This document shows, piece by piece, positions 9,340 to 21,699 of a stretch of 64,000 nt of DNA (positions are counted from its first letter, which is position 1; each line of letters begins with the position of its first letter). Source of the DNA: an uncultured Planctomycetaceae bacterium (GTDB lineage Bacteria; Planctomycetota; Planctomycetia; Planctomycetales; Planctomycetaceae); contig CAWFAK010000017.1 in NCBI GenBank assembly GCA_963813715.1, forward strand, positions 160,001 through 224,000, written 5' to 3'. The position numbers and the translations under genes are program-made. The notes beneath the pieces were generated by a model, which was not told the DNA's origin, did no database searches, and saw only the letters and a list, made by a program, of their open reading frames with translations.

Positions 9340-11689
9340 TTATCTGTCGCTCGCGGCTGGTAGCGGGTGCCGACCCAGCAGTAACACGAGCATCAGTCCT
9401 GCGAACACGATCACCGATGCCCAATCGACGCTGCCCGCAAAGAGCCGCAAATAGGGCTCGGTCGGCCCTTTGGGACCCTCTAGCTTCTGGCCGAAATTGA
9501 CTAGGTTCTTGACCCGTTCGAAGAACGGCAATTCCAGAAACGCGATCAGCACTCCCGCCAGTGTGCCGCCTGCAATGTAACCCGACGACAGGAGCACTCC
9601 CGGTCCTGTTTCCGATTCGGCGATCGCCGTGGCTTCGTCCACCTGGGCCGCCGCCGGCTTCGCCGTGAACCGGTCCACGGCGTACCGGATGAGGCCGCCC
9701 AGGAAGATGGGCGTCGTGTATTGCATGGGGATGTAGACGCCGACTGCGAAAGCCAGGGAGCCAACCCCGCACAACTCGAGGCCGACCGACGAGCATGGCT
9801 CCGATCAAGATCAAACTCCAGCTCAGCTTCTGTTGGAGCACGCCGCTGATAATGATGCCGATCACGGCAGTCTTCGGCGCACTCAAACTTCATTTTGACA
9901 TCGCTGTCGTCGTCGCGCTTTTCCAGGCGGCCGGTGATGGCCGGATCTTCGAGCACGGCTGGTTTGCGATTGGCGTCAACCAGATACTTGCCGGGTTGCA
10001 CGCCTTTGACGTCCTGCGGGTGCCAGATTCGATATTCCGTTCCCTCAAAGACCTGCCGGTCGGTGAGTGCGTCGTAGTCTCTTTCCGACAGCACGATGTC
10101 GGGGACCTGCTGGCGGCTGTAGACCGTGCCTGCCTGATTGAAGAGCGAGCAGAATGAATCCGATGACCAAGGCCGATGAGACCGCGCCGATGAGGATGGC
10201 CCACTGCTGGTAAATCGGCGTGGCGCCGACCAGATAACCCGTCTTCAAATCCTGAGAGGTCGTGCCGCCGTTGGAGGCGGCGATGCAGACCACGCCCCCG
10301 ATCGACAACGCGAGGACGCTCTCGACGGGGCTCGTCATGCCCAGGGTGAGGAAGATCAAGCAGGTGAGCGCGAGAGTGGCGACGGTCATGCCTGAGATCG
10401 GGTTGGACGATGAGCCAATCTCGCCGGTCAGCCGCGAGGAAACGGTGACAAAGAGAAAACCGAAGATCAGCACCAGTCCCGCGCCGAGCACGCCCTTGAT
10501 CGAGCGCCGCTCACGCCGGCGAGGGTCAACTCGCGAACGAGGAACACCGCCAGAAGGCGCCAAAAGTACCGCTGAACCGATCAGGACGGCCTTCCCAGAC
10601 AGGTCGCGGTCGGTGCGCACGATGCGACTGGCCCCGCCGGCTCCGCGCAGGCTGCCCAGGCTGGAGCGGAACGAGCGGAACACGAGGGGCAAGGTCCGCA
10701 TCATGCTGATGATGCCGGCGGCGGTCACGCAGCCTGCCCCGATAAAGCGGAGGTAGTTCTTCTGGATTTCACCCAGATTCATCTCATGGATCAGCTTGTC
10801 GCCGGGAGCGATCACGGTCGTCAGCTGGTCGCCGAAGGTCGCGATCGCCGGCACGATCACCAGATTGCCGATCACCGCGCCCGCCATCATGATGGACGCG
10901 ACCCGCACGCCGATCACGTAGCCGACGCCGAGCAGCTCGGGAGCCATATCGGTGGCGATCACCGCGACTCGGTTGAAGAATTTGAGGGGGATGTTCACGG
11001 TCAGCCGCAAAAGCGTCATCCCCTCGATGAGGAATTTCACGAGGAAGGCGATGCCGAAGCCGATGAACACGGTCTGGCCGCTCGCGCCTCCCTTCTCGCC
11101 CGAGATCAGCACTTCGGCACAGGCCGTTCCTTCGGGGTAGAGCAGGGTATTGGGCTCACCCGGTTTGCCGTGCATGTTGACGATGAAAGCCCGCCGCAGC
11201 GGGATCATCATCAGGATGCCAAGCAAACCGCCGAGCACCGAAACGACCATCACGCGGACGATATCCATTTCGAAACCGAGCAGCATCAGCGCCGGCATGG
11301 TGACGCCGACGCCGAAGGCGATCGACTCTCCGGCCGAACCGGCCGTTTGCGTGATGTTGTTTTCCAGGATGGTGGCCGGACGCATGCCGAAGATCTTGCT
11401 GAACGCGCGGAACAGCGTGATCGACAGCACGGCCACCGGGATCGAGGCGGAGACGGTCAGCCCGACCCGCAGCACCAAATAGAGCGACGACGCTCCGAAG
11501 ACGATGCCCAGCAGCGCACCGGCGAGCACGGCCTGGAACGTGAATTCCGGGATCGTCTGCTTGTCGGAAATGTAGGGCTGATGCAACGGGGCGATGCGCA
11601 GTGCCGCCGACAGCTTCGTGGACCTGGCTGTCCGCATCGCCCGGTGGCGATGCCAGTTCTCGGAGTGCGTCGGTCGGCTCGGTCATCAC
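9340..11689 (-). CDS. OPT-family oligopeptide transporter (several frameshifts)
   Basis: GLTVSASIP, ENNITQTAGSAGES, YPEG, SSNPISGM, SQDLKTGYLVGATP, SSGYIAGG across ORFs 10045-11637, 9546-10094 and 9340-9774. Confidence 0.9.
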
Positions 11690-11740
11690 GTGGGCTCCGG
11701 CAGTGGGGGCGTAATCAGTCCGTCGCGGGCGTGGCGCCGG

Positions 11741-13596
11741 TCAACGAGTCGACCACTCGAAGCGCGCGAACTGCGGCGGACGCCGCCTGGTGCCGAGGCC
11801 ACGGATCTCGATCTTGTCCAGGTCGCTCCAGCTTCGCAATGGCTGCCCGTCGTCTGTGACGAACTTCACGACGGGGAGCGAAACCCGCTGCCAGCCGGTA
11901 GCCCCGTCAGGCGTGGGGACTCGAGCCGTATAAGTCTTCGACTGGGGCGTCCAATCATGGGCGGTGAGCCGCACCTCGAGTCCCGGCGGTTCATTGCCGT
12001 TCTTTTTCCAGGCTTGGCCGGGCTTGGGCGCCTTCTTTTCCAGAAATTCGCCCCGATATTCAAATGTCAGCGACATCCCGTCGCGTCCCGCGTAGCCCGG
12101 ATCGCCCAGGTAGTGCGAGACGATGCCGAATTGGAAGTGCTCGCCAAAGATCGCCGGGTTGAGGCAAACCGCATTCGGGTGCTGGGGATCGTCGGATTTC
12201 ACGAAGTAACGCGAGCGAGATGTTCGGATCGGTGTTGGCCGTCGCGATAGACGAACGGGGCTCCGGGATCGTCGGGTTCGGCCGCGGGCTCCGCCCTCCA
12301 CGCCAGCGAGGCTGCGAGCCGGGCCCAGCCGATCGGGAGTCGCCCGGGCCGAGATTCGTGCTCAAGCAAACGCCCGAGTGATAGGTGACGTTCGCGAAGG
12401 CCCGCAGCAGATCGCCCGTCCGCACGACCGGCAGTGTTGCCTGCCAGGATCGGGCCGCCTTCAACGGTTGACGCCCGACGCCAGAACCGATTGGGCGACG
12501 GTTTTTCGCCCAGCGTATAAAACACCTCCACTTTCTCGACCGGCGCCTGATCGGGAATTTGCACGTCGGCCAAGGGATCGCCTGCGGAGTCGAGCCGCAG
12601 TTCACTTTCGGCTCGGCGGGGAACGGCGGGCCGTCTTTGAGTTGCCAATCCATCCACGCCGGCAAGTTGTTGCCTTGGGCATCGTCGATATGGTGGTTGT
12701 AGCGCGGCGTGAAGGCGACCCGCCACGGCCCGCGGACTTGCCCGAGAATTTCGTAGGCGTTGTCCATCCAACCGTGAAAATCATTCGTTGCGTCCAGCAG
12801 GAGCAACGGACGGCGAATCGACGAGGCGTACCCTTCGGCGCGAGGACCCGCTTGAACAACACGACCGCCGGTTCGAGTTCGGGGAAGCCCCAGGCGGTTT
12901 TGTGTTTGTCGAAGTTGTAACCGCAGCCATAAATCGGCACCGCGGTCTTCACGCGTTCGTCGGTGGCGGCGACGAGCCAGCAAAGTGTTCCGCCAATGCT
13001 CACGCCGAAGATGCCCAGCCGCTCGCGATCGACCTTGGGATGATACGAGAGGACGGTCAGGGCACGGCGGGCCACTAGGGCCCAGTGGTACCAGCTCGAA
13101 GAGCGGGGTGTCGGCCGGATTTGCAGTCCGCCGTTGGCGTGCTCCAGATTGGCCTGGGTTATGGGCCCCCAGTCGGTGACGTCCTTGCGACCTTGCCATG
13201 GACCCGTGAAATCGAAACTGACACAGACGTAGCCGCGCCGTCGCCCAGAACCGCACCCACTCGAGCGAGGCCGTCTGCCCGCCACCATGAATGTGCAAAA
13301 TGCCCGGCAGATGCCTGCCGTCGGTCGGAGCTGCCGCGGATCGCGAACACGCGAACGCGTCCCTCAGGCTCGCGCTCGGCCGTAAAACGCAACGTCTCGA
13401 GATCCACGCCGTTTTCGTGCCAGCTGCGAATCGTTTGGATTTCGAGCTCGGGCGAATCGACCCGAAAATCTCGCCAAAGCTTCTCGGGTGTGTCCAGAAT
13501 GGGAGCCTGCGCGAATACGGGCGCTGGCCAACCCAGCAGTGCGGTCGCGAGGCCGATAATAAGAGGAGAGAGAAGAAGTTTGGTGAGTCGATTCAT
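11741..13596 (-). CDS. Exported alpha/beta hydrolase (esterase-like) with C-terminal beta domain (frameshifted)
   Basis: Signal peptide MNRLTKLLL..VFA; HIHGGGQT; GIFGVSIGG nucleophile elbow; pieces in several frames. Confidence 0.75.
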
Positions 13597-13662
13597 CGGT
13601 GTGCGGAAGAATGTCGGTACGGATCGAAGGCTGCGAGCGGTCATGCTACCGGCGGCCGGAGA

Positions 13663-14635
13663 TCAAATCGATGCGGGTGCGGCATCGGTGTTGGGTGGCG
13701 CGGGCACGGCGAGCACATAGGTGAGATATGCGAGCGCGAGAGTCCCTCCCAACGTGGCTTTCACCCAGCCCGGAAGTTGACTCGGCGAAATGAAGGCCTC
13801 GACCGACGCGGCGATCAACAGCATGGGAATCGTGCCGGCGACAACTTGCACGGAACGGCGCGCGGCGAGGCGCAGCTCGACCGATCGTGAATAGTGCGCG
13901 GGAAAGATCAGCGCTTCCGCCATCAACAACCCGGCCCCGCGCCGATCCAGATGGCGGGCAGCTCGAGCGAGCCGTGCCCGATGACAAACTCCACGAGTGC
14001 CGAAAAGAGCCCCGCCCGCATACATGCGGCAAAAATCGCCCCCAGCATGAGCCCGTTCAAAATCACCTGCCACACCGTTCCGATGCCGAACGTGATGCCC
14101 AACGCCCACACCAGCAGAGTCACGGTGATATTGTTGGTCGCGATACGGCTCGAGGCCTGCGGGGCGATGCTCGTGATGTGCTCGGTCCACAGATGTCCCT
14201 TGGCCATCCCCCGCATCGCCGGGCTGACAAAGAAGGACTCGAACTGCGGCTGCGCGGCGGCCGCGAGCAAGCCAACCATTGCGGCCACCCAAAAGATCGC
14301 TGTGGAAAGCAAGATCGGCCGAGCGGCTGCCCGCACGGTCGACGGCCAGGTCCGCAGCAGGAACCGCCACCAGCTAATTGACGTGCCTCGTCGCGCCTGA
14401 TATACGACGCTGTGAGTTCGCGCCACCATTCGTTCCAGTTCCTTCACCGCCGACGACCCCGGATAGCGCATGTGTGCGTAGGCCAGGTCGGAGACGGCTC
14501 GGCGATACAGCGCAGTGCCGGAGCGGAACTGATCGAGGGGGACGCGCCGAGTGAGAGCCGTTCGCACTGTTGCACGAAGTCTTCGAGTGCCCGCCACTCG
14601 GCATGCCGTGAGTTGATGAACTGATGAACGTTCAC
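13663..14635 (-). CDS. SpoIIM/DUF95 family membrane protein (frameshifted)
   Basis: MNVHQFINSRHAEWRALE, LYRRAVSDLAYA, IATNNI, HGSLELPAI, AASVEAFISP. Confidence 0.88.
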
Positions 14636-15416
14636 AGTGGCGGCCTCTTACAGCTCGAAACGACGATCCGCACACCCGAGAATCTCGAGTCGACGTACGC
14701 TCTGGCCGGCACGGGGAGCCGGGCGGCGTCGTACCTGATCGATTGTTTCATCCTGATCGTCGCCTCTCAGCTCGGGATCAATCTGTTGATTGGCCTGACA
14801 GCGCTGCCGCTCGGCCCCGAATGGGCCGCGGCTATCGCGGGTTTGATCGCGTTTGTGATTTTCAACGGCTATTTCATTTTCTTTGAATGGCTCTTGAGTG
14901 GCCAAACTCCCGGCAAGCGGCTCGTTGGTATTCGCGTCATCAAAGTCGGAGGCTATTCGCTCCGGTTCCTCGATGTCCTGTTGCGAAACCTGATGCGATT
15001 CGTCGATTTCCTACCGGTGTTTTATGGCGTCGGCGCGGCGAGCCTGCTCATGACGTCGCGCTGCCAGCGGTTGGGTGATTTGGTCGCCGGCACGTTGGTG
15101 GTCTATCAGGATCCTCGACTCGGACGATCTGCTGTTGCCGATTGCAGTCGACTCAGTCGGCGAGCCGGTGTTGCCGGCAGGACGACTGTCGGCTGTCCCC
15201 AGCAGGATCGTGGATTTGGCGGTCGAGTTCGTGATTCACCGCGATCAACTGGCCCCGCGCTATCGTCAACAGATCGCCGTCGAGCTGAGCGCTGATCGCA
15301 AAGGTTGGCGGCCTGCCTCTAGAGCCGACACAAAGTGCCGAATCGTTCCTGGCCGCCGTTATCCGGCAGTCCGGGCGAATTCCGACAGCGGCGTCTGCAC
15401 CGGATTTGTTAGCTGA
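14624..15416 (+). CDS. RDD family protein (frameshifted C-terminus, end approximate)
   Basis: TPEN..YALAG.GSRAASYLID, GQTPGKR..GIRV, QRLGDLVAGTLVV. Confidence 0.88.
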
Positions 15417-16303
15417 ACGCCCTTCTTATTGAAGAGGCGATAGGCAATCTGTTGTCGCAGACGAGTGAGTCGGCTGTCGGTGTCGATCACTCGGGTTCCG
15501 GCCCAGCGATCGCCGTAGCGACGCATGAGCGGGTCGCGGAACGGCACCGAAAGATCGAACAGGTTAAAGAACGGGATCATCAGGCTCAGCCAGCGAATGA
15601 AGGCCTGGCCCGAGCCGAGCGGGGTTTGTCCGTCGTTGCTGCGGACGACGTGAATTCCAAAGAGCCGCTTACCCGGACCGGCGTCGCCAAAGATGCGATC
15701 GCGGAAAAGGAAGACGATGGCATTGAGGAACCAGAAGAGATAAATGAGCCCACCGCCCTGCTGCTGCGTAAGAATACGCGAGTCTATCATGATTCCGATC
15801 GCGACGAACGGTATCAGGACCAGCAAGCCGGCAAGCAGGAACGAATCCACGATGTAAGCGAATGCGCGGCCGTTATAGAGCTTGGCCTGGCAGCGGCGGC
15901 AGAAATAAAACTGTCGATTGAAGGGCTTTGCCTGCAGCTTTTGACAGTAGGGGCCGCCGCACCGCAAGCAGACAAGCACGGCAGGCTGGTTCTTCCAAAC
16001 GCAGGGAATGCTGTCCTGTGCCAGGGCCAGGCGATCTTTCTTGCGACGGGGCCACGCCGCGCTCAACTTGTCGCCGTGCGACAGCAAATTGGCGCCAGCG
16101 GGAATGCCCTCGCGCACACTGGGCACGTCGATCACCGGTCGCTTGGTCATCTCGGTGCAGTGGCGGACGAGCGTGTTGGGCGAGATCACTCCCTCGCCCA
16201 GAAAACGTACGAGCGTGGCGCGGGACGCCGGACCGTAAATCTCGTCGTCCGCCGATTCGATCCACCAACCGATGCTGTAGCGATCCGCCGGTATCGTGGC
16301 CAT
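15359..16303 (-). CDS. GYF_2-like + Cys-rich (B-box-like) + RDD protein
   Basis: WWIE..IYGP..GVISPNTLV; C..CLRCGGPYC..FCRRC; RAFAYIVD, GPGKRLFGIHVV, RRYGDRWAGTRVI. Confidence 0.8.
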   Translation of the reverse strand: MATIPADRYSIGWWIESADDEIYGPASRATLVRFLGEGVISPNTLVRHCTEMTKRPVIDVPSVREGIPAGANLLSHGDKLSAAWPRRKKDRLALAQDSIPCVWKNQPAVLVCLRCGGPYCQKLQAKPFNRQFYFCRRCQAKLYNGRAFAYIVDSFLLAGLLVLIPFVAIGIMIDSRILTQQQGGGLIYLFWFLNAIVFLFRDRIFGDAGPGKRLFGIHVVRSNDGQTPLGSGQAFIRWLSLMIPFFNLFDLSVPFRDPLMRRYGDRWAGTRVIDTDSRLTRLRQQIAYRLFNKKGVQLTNPVQTPLSEFARTAG

Positions 16304-16520
16304 CGACCCGTCTCCTGATTTCAGTTCGCCACCAAGCCGCAGCGCGATTCTGTCCCGTCGCGATGCACGAGATTCGATTGACTGGTGACTTTTTCTTAAT
16401 TTCGCCGTCGATTGCGAAGCGGTATAGTCTAGCACTCTCAATTTGTGGCCGAAACAACCGAATTCTGCGTTTGGCGATTGCCGGTCGTTCATAGCCTGGC
16501 AGTCGGACAACTCCTGTTCG

Positions 16521-17353
16521 ATGACGACGCGTCATTCCTCGCTTACTCGACGGGCCCTCGTGCAGATGGATCTGGCGTTCTGGTATCTGCATGCGCACTT
16601 CACGCAGTTAGCGGCACTGGCGACGCCGATGCTGGTGGCCGTTTTTGCAATGGCTGTCGTCCTGGTGTCGATCACGCAGACTCTGGGATCTGCCGGGTGT
16701 TTTGCTTACGTCCTGTACGCCATCGTCGCTCCGACGATCGTGCTGTGGTTGGGGGTTTTTCTCCCGCTGCCGAGTGCCGTCTTCGCCTGGCGGCGTGCGT
16801 CCGGGACACTGCCGGAGACGGGCGAATGTTTTCAGTTCTGCGTCCAGCGGATGGGCGGCGCTTGATTCCCGTCGCGCTGCGGCTGTTCGTGTACTACTTT
16901 CTTTGGTTTGTCTTCTTTGGCGTCCCGCTGTTGTACTTTGGACCGCGGACCTGCGTGGCCGGCAATCGCATTGTTTGAAGACGAGCGGCGTATTTTTCAG
17001 CGCTCTCAAGCGACTGCTCAAGGAAGATACGGCGATTTATATCTTGGCCGTGCTCTATCTCGGCATCTTTCTGTGCTCTTGCTGCTCTTGTTTCTGCCGC
17101 GCATCTTCCTCGCCTCCAGGGTCGACTGGTGGAAAGCTCGACTCGCGCTGGCTGGCCGACCACCTGTGGATCGGCGAAGCGTTGGGCTGCGCCGTGTTGA
17201 TTTCTGCCGTGGCGGTCGGTTGGTGCATTTCGATGACGCTGCTTATCGGGAAGTGCGGATCGTCGCGAGGGCGAGTTCTTGCGGGACAAAGTTGACGAGC
17301 TGCGACGTGAGTACCTGGCGGCCCAACCCTCGGAAGCATCCGTGCGGCCATGA
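16521..17353 (+). CDS. Multi-pass membrane protein of the MoxR cluster (frameshifted)
   Basis: Hydrophobic segments across frames; inferred stop overlaps the next ATG (ATGA at 17350). Confidence 0.65.
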
Positions 17354-18135
17354 ATGCGTTCCTCGTTTCCACGGTGCTTTCGCTCGCGACGTTCGCCGCG
17401 CCGCCGGGTGGCGACCGCGTGCCGGCGGTCACTCCTCGGCCGGCCGCGCGCCGGGCGATCGTGCGACGGAGGTCGCCCGCCACGTGTTCGAGGGATCGCC
17501 CTTTTGGTGGAAACATCGCGAGGCGATCGAAGACCCGACGCGCGGTTTGACCATCTTCGATCGCATTTGGCAGGCGTTGGCCGAAGTGGGCCATTTTTTC
17601 AAATGGGTCGTGCTGAAGATCCTGAAGTTTCTGTCGTGGCTGATGCCGCATTGGGTCATGGGTGACCTGGGTGCTCCGACCGGCGGTACGAGCTGGTTGC
17701 TGTGGGGACTGGGAATCCTGCGCTGGTGGTCATCGCCTTCCTGATCTATCGCACGGTGCGACGTCGCCGGCTGCTGACGGACGGAATTGCGGCCGAACCG
17801 CTTCCCGAGCCGGAACGTCTTCCCGATGCGATGTTGCTCCTGACCTTGCCAAGGCGGTGCTCGACGCGGGTGACACGTTCGAGGCGTTGCGGTTGGCCTT
17901 CCATGCGGTGCTCGCGAGTCTGGAAGATCGCGGCATCGTCCGCTACGACGCGGCGCGTACCAACAGCGAGTACTTCCGCGACCTGCCCGCAGCCGACGCT
18001 CGCCGCGGCTTTCGTCGCGTCGCCCTGCCCTTCGATCGAGCCTTTTACGGCAAGATTCGGCCTGAACGCGCCGACGTCGAGCGGACCCTCGAATTCTGTC
18101 AAAACCTGCTGATGGCTCCGGCGGCGTCGACATGA
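17350..18135 (+). CDS. DUF4129-like membrane protein (frameshifted)
   Basis: C-terminal ARTNSEY..FRRVALPFDRAFYG; ATGA coupling on both sides. Confidence 0.78.
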
Positions 18136-19400
18136 GCCGAATCTCACGACGGAATCTCTGGTTGCCGGCGGCCGCCGCGGTGTTCATCGTCGCGATCGCG
18201 TGGTGGGGGGCCAGGCGCCTCGATCGGCTTTGAATCGAAATTGCGATGCTGCGTGTTCGATCCGGGCACCGGCGGCGGCTTGGGCGTGGTGCAATGGGTG
18301 CGACAGATGGGAATTCCGTGTAGCCTTGCAGGATCCACTTTGGGAAGCCGTCGGGACGGAGAGTTCGAAGACTGGAAACTGTTTTCTGACCGCGGGCAAC
18401 GGTGCCTGGTCGCCTTGGAACGAAGAGCTGACGCGCGAGGATTGGTCGCCGCTTAAGAGCTGGATTGCGCGAGGCAACTCGCTGATCGTGGTCACAAGTG
18501 ACCCGAGCACTCTGCCCAAAACTGTGTTGGATGACCTGTGGCCTCCCGATGCGAACAGCGGCTTCAAAAGTGGCTCCGCCGTGCCGACAACCGCGAAAGG
18601 CGGCGTGCCGAGCGGCTCGAGCCGGAACGATTCGCACAAAAAATCGGGGGAGGAAAAAGAGACAGCCGAAGAGGACGAGTTCGATTTCGGCAGTTCCGAC
18701 GTCGCGGCCATTCCGGCGACCTCGACCGCCACGCTTCCGGACAAGCAAATGCTGACCGTGCGCGCCAACGGCCCGCGTTGGCCGAAAACGCCCGAGCACA
18801 CGGAAGCGGGGCGGGACGTGCACGGCGTGGTGTGGGTGCGAAAGGAGATTGGGAAGGGATCTCTTTATCTCTTGCTCGACGATTTCGCCTGGACGAACGC
18901 GGGCTTCGATGCGGATGGCAACGCCAAGACGCTCGCCGCGATCTTGTCGCGCGAGGTGCATGCCGGCGTCTTCGGGTTCGATGAGTATCGGCACGGCCAT
19001 GGGCGGGCGGAATCGTTTGCGGCTTACCTGCTGCGACTGCGGGGTGGCACCGCATTCTGTCTGATCGCGGCTCTGTTGGTGGGCCTCTTCTTGCTCGGTC
19101 GCAATATCCGCTTCGGCTCGCCGGAGCCGTATGTCGTCGTCGAGCGTCGAAGTGCACGCGAATACGTCGAAGCGGCCGCGTTTCTCAATGAACGGGCGCG
19201 GGCGGCCCCGCTGGCCGTCGAAAGCATTGTTCGGCGTTTGCGTCGGTCGGGCTCAAACGGGGCCATCTGAGCGCGGAGATGGCCGAGCTATTGCAGCAGG
19301 CGGACCGCGTTGCCGCGATGCGCCGAGCGACCCGCCAAACCGACCGAGATTTGTGCCCTCGTCCGGAGAATGATTGCTCTGAGGAAGAAACTCTATGGAT
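18132..19400 (+). CDS. DUF4350-like protein (frameshifted, end approximate)
   Basis: N-terminal TM, WIARGNSLIV, GKGSLYLL, FDEYRHG, TM then RFG, REYVEAAA. Confidence 0.75.
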
Positions 19401-20351
19401 CTTGATCGTGTCCGCCAGCAAGCGGAGCAGGTTCACGGCGGCTTGCAAAGCGTTTTCGCCGGCCAGGCCGAGTTGCTCGATCAACTTGTCGGCACGTTCT
19501 TCTGCGGCGGCCATGCGCTGCTCGAAGGTGTTCCGGGCGTCGGCAAAACGCTGATCGCCAAGGCTCTGGCCCGGCTGCTGGGGCTGGAATTTCGCCGCGT
19601 GCAATTCACGCCCGACCTCATGCCGTCCGACATCCTCGGCACCGAGACGTTTCAATTGTCGACGCAGAGTTTCCAACTTCGCAAAGGCCCAATTTTCACG
19701 ACGGTTTTGTTGGCCGATGAAATCAACCGCACACCCCCGAAGACGCAGGCCGCCCTCCTGGAAGTGATGGAGGAACGCACGGTCTCGCTGGGAAACGAAA
19801 CTCACCGGCTCTCGCCCCTGTTCACGGTCTTTGCCACCCAAAATCCGGTCGAGTACGAAGGTACCTATCCGCTGCCCGAGGCTCAGATCGATCGGTTCCT
19901 GACCAAGCTGCTCGTCAAATACCCGACGGCTGAAGAAGATCTGCAGATCCTCGAACAGTACAACCACGGCCGCGACCTGCATCGCGTCGCCCTCGACGAG
20001 CTGAAGCCCGTAACCACGGCCGAAGACGTGCTGGGCTGTCGCGAGCGAATCCGGCAGATCCAGGCCACACCCGACGTATTGCGATACATCTCCCAAATCG
20101 TGCGGAGCACGCGCGAGCATCCCGACGTGCAGCTGGGGGCCAGTCCGTGCGCCGCCATCCATTTGTTTCTGCTCAGCCAAAGCATGGCCGGCATTAACGC
20201 CCGCGAATTCGTCACGCCCGACGACGTGAAGGCGGCCGCGCCGGCGGTCCTCCGCCACCGCCTGCTGCTCACGGCCGAGGCCCAGGTTTCCGCCCGCACG
20301 CCCGACCAGGTCGCCGCCGAAGTGCTCGAACGGATCGAGGTTCCGCGATGA
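19395..20351 (+). CDS. moxR: MoxR-family AAA+ ATPase
   Basis: LEGVPGVGKT, RVQFTPDLMPSDI, LADEINRTPPKTQAALLE, ATQNPVEYEGTYPLPEAQIDRF. Confidence 0.96.
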   Translation: MDLDRVRQQAEQVHGGLQSVFAGQAELLDQLVGTFFCGGHALLEGVPGVGKTLIAKALARLLGLEFRRVQFTPDLMPSDILGTETFQLSTQSFQLRKGPIFTTVLLADEINRTPPKTQAALLEVMEERTVSLGNETHRLSPLFTVFATQNPVEYEGTYPLPEAQIDRFLTKLLVKYPTAEEDLQILEQYNHGRDLHRVALDELKPVTTAEDVLGCRERIRQIQATPDVLRYISQIVRSTREHPDVQLGASPCAAIHLFLLSQSMAGINAREFVTPDDVKAAAPAVLRHRLLLTAEAQVSARTPDQVAAEVLERIEVPR

Positions 20352-21660
20352 TTCCCACGCGGCGTCTGCTGCTGTTGGGAACGATCGCGCTCGCCGTGAT
20401 CCTGGCCGGCCAGGGCGCCGCTTGGAGCGTCAACGTCGCGTGGCTCATCGTGGCGGCGGTGGTTGTCGCGGGGATTGTGGATGGCGTGCTGGCCTCGCTG
20501 CGGATCCGCACGATTGACCTGCGTCGCGACGTGCCCGCGCAGCTCTTTGTCGATCAACCGCAGCCGGTCCAGTGGAAGTTCGAGAATCGGGGCATCGATG
20601 AGATCACGCTCGAGCTCCGCGACGGGCTGCCGGAATCGGGGACCGCGGATCCCGACCGACTGACGGTGCGACTGCCGGGCCGGTCGCGAGTGACGGCCAA
20701 CTATCGCGTGAACGTCACCAAGCGGGGACTGCTGGCGTTCGCGGACGCGACCGGCAGAATCGCCGGCCCGCTGGGACTCTGCTGCCGACAATTTCGGATC
20801 CCGGCCCGCGCAGCGTGCGGTCCCTGCCCCACCTCGGCAACCGCAAGGCGGCGGAGCTGGCCGCCAGCACGGCACTCGTTCGGCAAGGAGGCAGCCATCG
20901 TTACCGCTGGCGCGGCGCGGGGACGGTGTTCGAATCGCTCCGCGACTACAGCCCTGAAGACGACATCCGCTGGCTCGACTGGAAGGCCACGGCGCGCCGC
21001 CAGACGCCAATCACCCGCAATTACGAAGTCGAGCGGCACCAGAATCTGTTGTTGATGGTCGATGGCAGCCGCATGATGACGACCTATTGCGGCTCGCGCA
21101 CCAAGTTCGACACCGTGCTCGAGGCCGCCGTTTTGCTGACACGGGCCGCGCTCGACCAGGCGGACGCCGTCGGCCTTATGCTCTTTTCTGACCGGGTCGA
21201 CGCTTACGTCCCTCCCCGTCGCGACCGGGCGCAAAACACACGCGTGATGGAGACGCTCTACGCCCAATATCCGCGGCTGGTCGAACCCGATTTCGAGACC
21301 GTGCTGACGATGGTGAGCCGCCGCATCCGGCGCCGCAGCCTAGTCGTCCTGTTCACCGACGTGACCGTGACCGAGGCGGCGCGGCGAATGCTGGCTTACG
21401 TGCAAATGCTCAACCGCCGACACGTGTGCCTGGTCGTCACGATTGCCGATGAAAGCCTGCAGTCGCAGGAGCTGGTCGAACCGCGGACGGCCGACGAGCT
21501 GTACCAGGTGGGCGTCGCCAGCCTGCTGATGCTGGAACGGGCCGAGCTGCTGGAACGTCTGCGACGCAGCGGCGCGGAAATCGTCGACACGCCGGCCGAC
21601 CAGATCGCCGTTCGCACGATTGAACGCTATCTGGAATTGAAGCGCAAGTTGCGGATGTGA
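20348..21660 (+). CDS. DUF58 (VWA-like) protein (frameshift near 20810)
   Basis: FESLRDY..EDDIRWLDWKATAR, VDGSRMM, RRSLVVLFTD. Confidence 0.92.
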
Positions 21661-21699
21661 CAGTCAACGCTGAGGAGTTTGGTCACCTCCCTCAGATGA

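Noticed and set aside
13663..14635. Sporulation function
   Set aside because: SpoIIM/DUF95 proteins in MoxR clusters occur widely in non-sporulating bacteria
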